Below, piece by piece: positions 63,466 through 64,000 of a DNA stretch of 64,000 nt (position 1 is the stretch's first letter; each line of letters opens with the position of its first letter). The translations under genes were made by a program, and so were the position numbers. The stretch is from NCBI GenBank assembly GCA_024644045.1, contig JAHELT010000005.1, forward strand, positions 8,149 through 72,148. The letters run 5' to 3'. Below the pieces are notes generated by a model. It did not search any database. It was not told where the DNA came from and saw only the letters and a list, made by a program, of their open reading frames with translations. The stretch comes from Chromatiales bacterium. Lineage in GTDB: Bacteria > Pseudomonadota > Gammaproteobacteria > JAHELT01.

Positions 63466-64000
63466 TCACGGACAGCCATTCGCCGCGGCCGCGGCATCGA
63501 TCCAGGCGAGCAGCGTTGCGTAGCCGGCGCCGCCCATGGCCAGCACCGGAGCGCCCATGACGCTGGGATGCGGCGGGTTATCGGCTTCCATCGACGCCGG
63601 CCGGCTCACCAGGGCGCTGGCTGCGGCATCGCAGACGTCGTTGACCTGTGCCGACGTCACATTGAAATCGCCGTCCGGGTTGCCCGTCAACACGAACCGG
63701 TTGGCACTGAATCCCGGATTCTGCGCGTTCAGATCGGGCACGCCGTCGATGCTGCCGAAGGCCTGATGGCAACCGGCACAGTCGCTCATCAGAAGCGGGT
63801 GCACGCTCGCGGTGAAGGCCGCCTGACTCAGGCCGGCCACGCTGCCGCGGATCTCGCTCAGCTCGTCGACACCGTTGGCGTTGGCGTCGTCGAACGGATC
63901 GTTGTAGTACTGCGCGCCGATGTCGATCCACTCGGTTACCACGCGCCGCTCGGAGGCGTTCAGCGTATCGGCCCCGAGCGCGGTGTGATCAGTGGCGCCG
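63466..64000 (-). CDS. c-type cytochrome-like (PSCyt-like) protein with canonical CXXCH; 5' end beyond window
   Basis: SVHPLLMSDCAGCHQAFGSI carries the CXXCH motif. The frame stays open upstream of the listed start through to base 64000, so the N-terminus is not in the window. Confidence 0.5.
   Translation of the reverse strand, partial: GATDHTALGADTLNASERRVVTEWIDIGAQYYNDPFDDANANGVDELSEIRGSVAGLSQAAFTASVHPLLMSDCAGCHQAFGSIDGVPDLNAQNPGFSANRFVLTGNPDGDFNVTSAQVNDVCDAAASALVSRPASMEADNPPHPSVMGAPVLAMGGAGYATLLAWIDAAAAANGCP

Noticed and set aside
1-64000. CRISPR arrays, rRNA genes, integrase/recombinase genes, prophage structural genes
   Set aside because: No regularly spaced direct repeats, no rRNA-like segments, and no tyrosine/serine recombinase or phage capsid/terminase motifs were found on either strand.

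Overview
This is a high-GC (~65-70%) proteobacterial chromosomal segment, probably from a marine or soil gammaproteobacterium. I found no rRNA, CRISPR array or prophage, and only one (aberrant) tRNA-like gene.

The window opens with a C-terminal gene fragment. A REP-associated tyrosine transposase (RAYT) follows, with REP-like palindromes around it. Its 3' end converges on a tRNA-like gene that has perfect acceptor, D and T arms but an anticodon region expanded by about 33 nt (two anticodon-arm copies). Past a short AT-richer junction is my best candidate for an undescribed system: a minus-strand two-gene module sitting between the tRNA/RAYT and core metabolic genes. It consists of a 147-aa protein with no recognisable domain (good RBS, N-terminal hydrophobic helix) followed 80 nt downstream by a 1429-aa NACHT/STAND NTPase. 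That NTPase has a GPPGAGKS P-loop and a DSLDE Walker B, no N-terminal effector, and about 1000 aa of C-terminal TPR/HEAT-like repeats. It looks like an NLR-like sensor with a separate partner or effector.

The rest of the window is mostly metabolism and conserved unknowns:
- A methylated-amine and osmolyte theme: MttB-family methyltransferase, GcvT-family protein, LysR regulator, GMC choline-dehydrogenase-like enzyme, a glycine-betaine-type substrate-binding protein, a GlnA-like gamma-glutamyl-amine ligase, an OTCase-family enzyme, a SAM methyltransferase, an ectoine-hydroxylase-like dioxygenase.
- Redox and detoxification genes: ADH, ALDH, two SDRs, a 2-hydroxyacid dehydrogenase, a beta-class GST, a Xi-GST fused to an NTF2-like domain, a TPP enzyme.
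- NAD salvage: NadR-like NMNAT/kinase and PncA.
- Conserved small or unknown families: dodecin, DUF937, two DUF1127 proteins, DUF1326/DUF2182, DUF1223, DUF2799, DUF2061, YhcB, YbaK.
- A secreted S8 protease with a standalone propeptide-like paralogue.
- An AAA+ ATPase with an unassigned N-domain.
- A ~13.5-kb single-strand envelope array: PSCyt-like cytochrome lipoproteins (one with CX4CH), two OM beta-barrels, TlpA-DUF4266-DUF3570, giant TPR proteins and ExbB-ExbD-ExbD-TonB.

Two decayed genes (a frameshifted DedA and an AMP-ligase deletion remnant), a promoter-plus-terminator-bounded candidate sRNA upstream of a DUF1127 gene, and a recurring GTGAGGGGTC palindromic repeat are also recorded. 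Many six-frame ORFs in the track are antisense shadows typical of high-GC DNA and were rejected.
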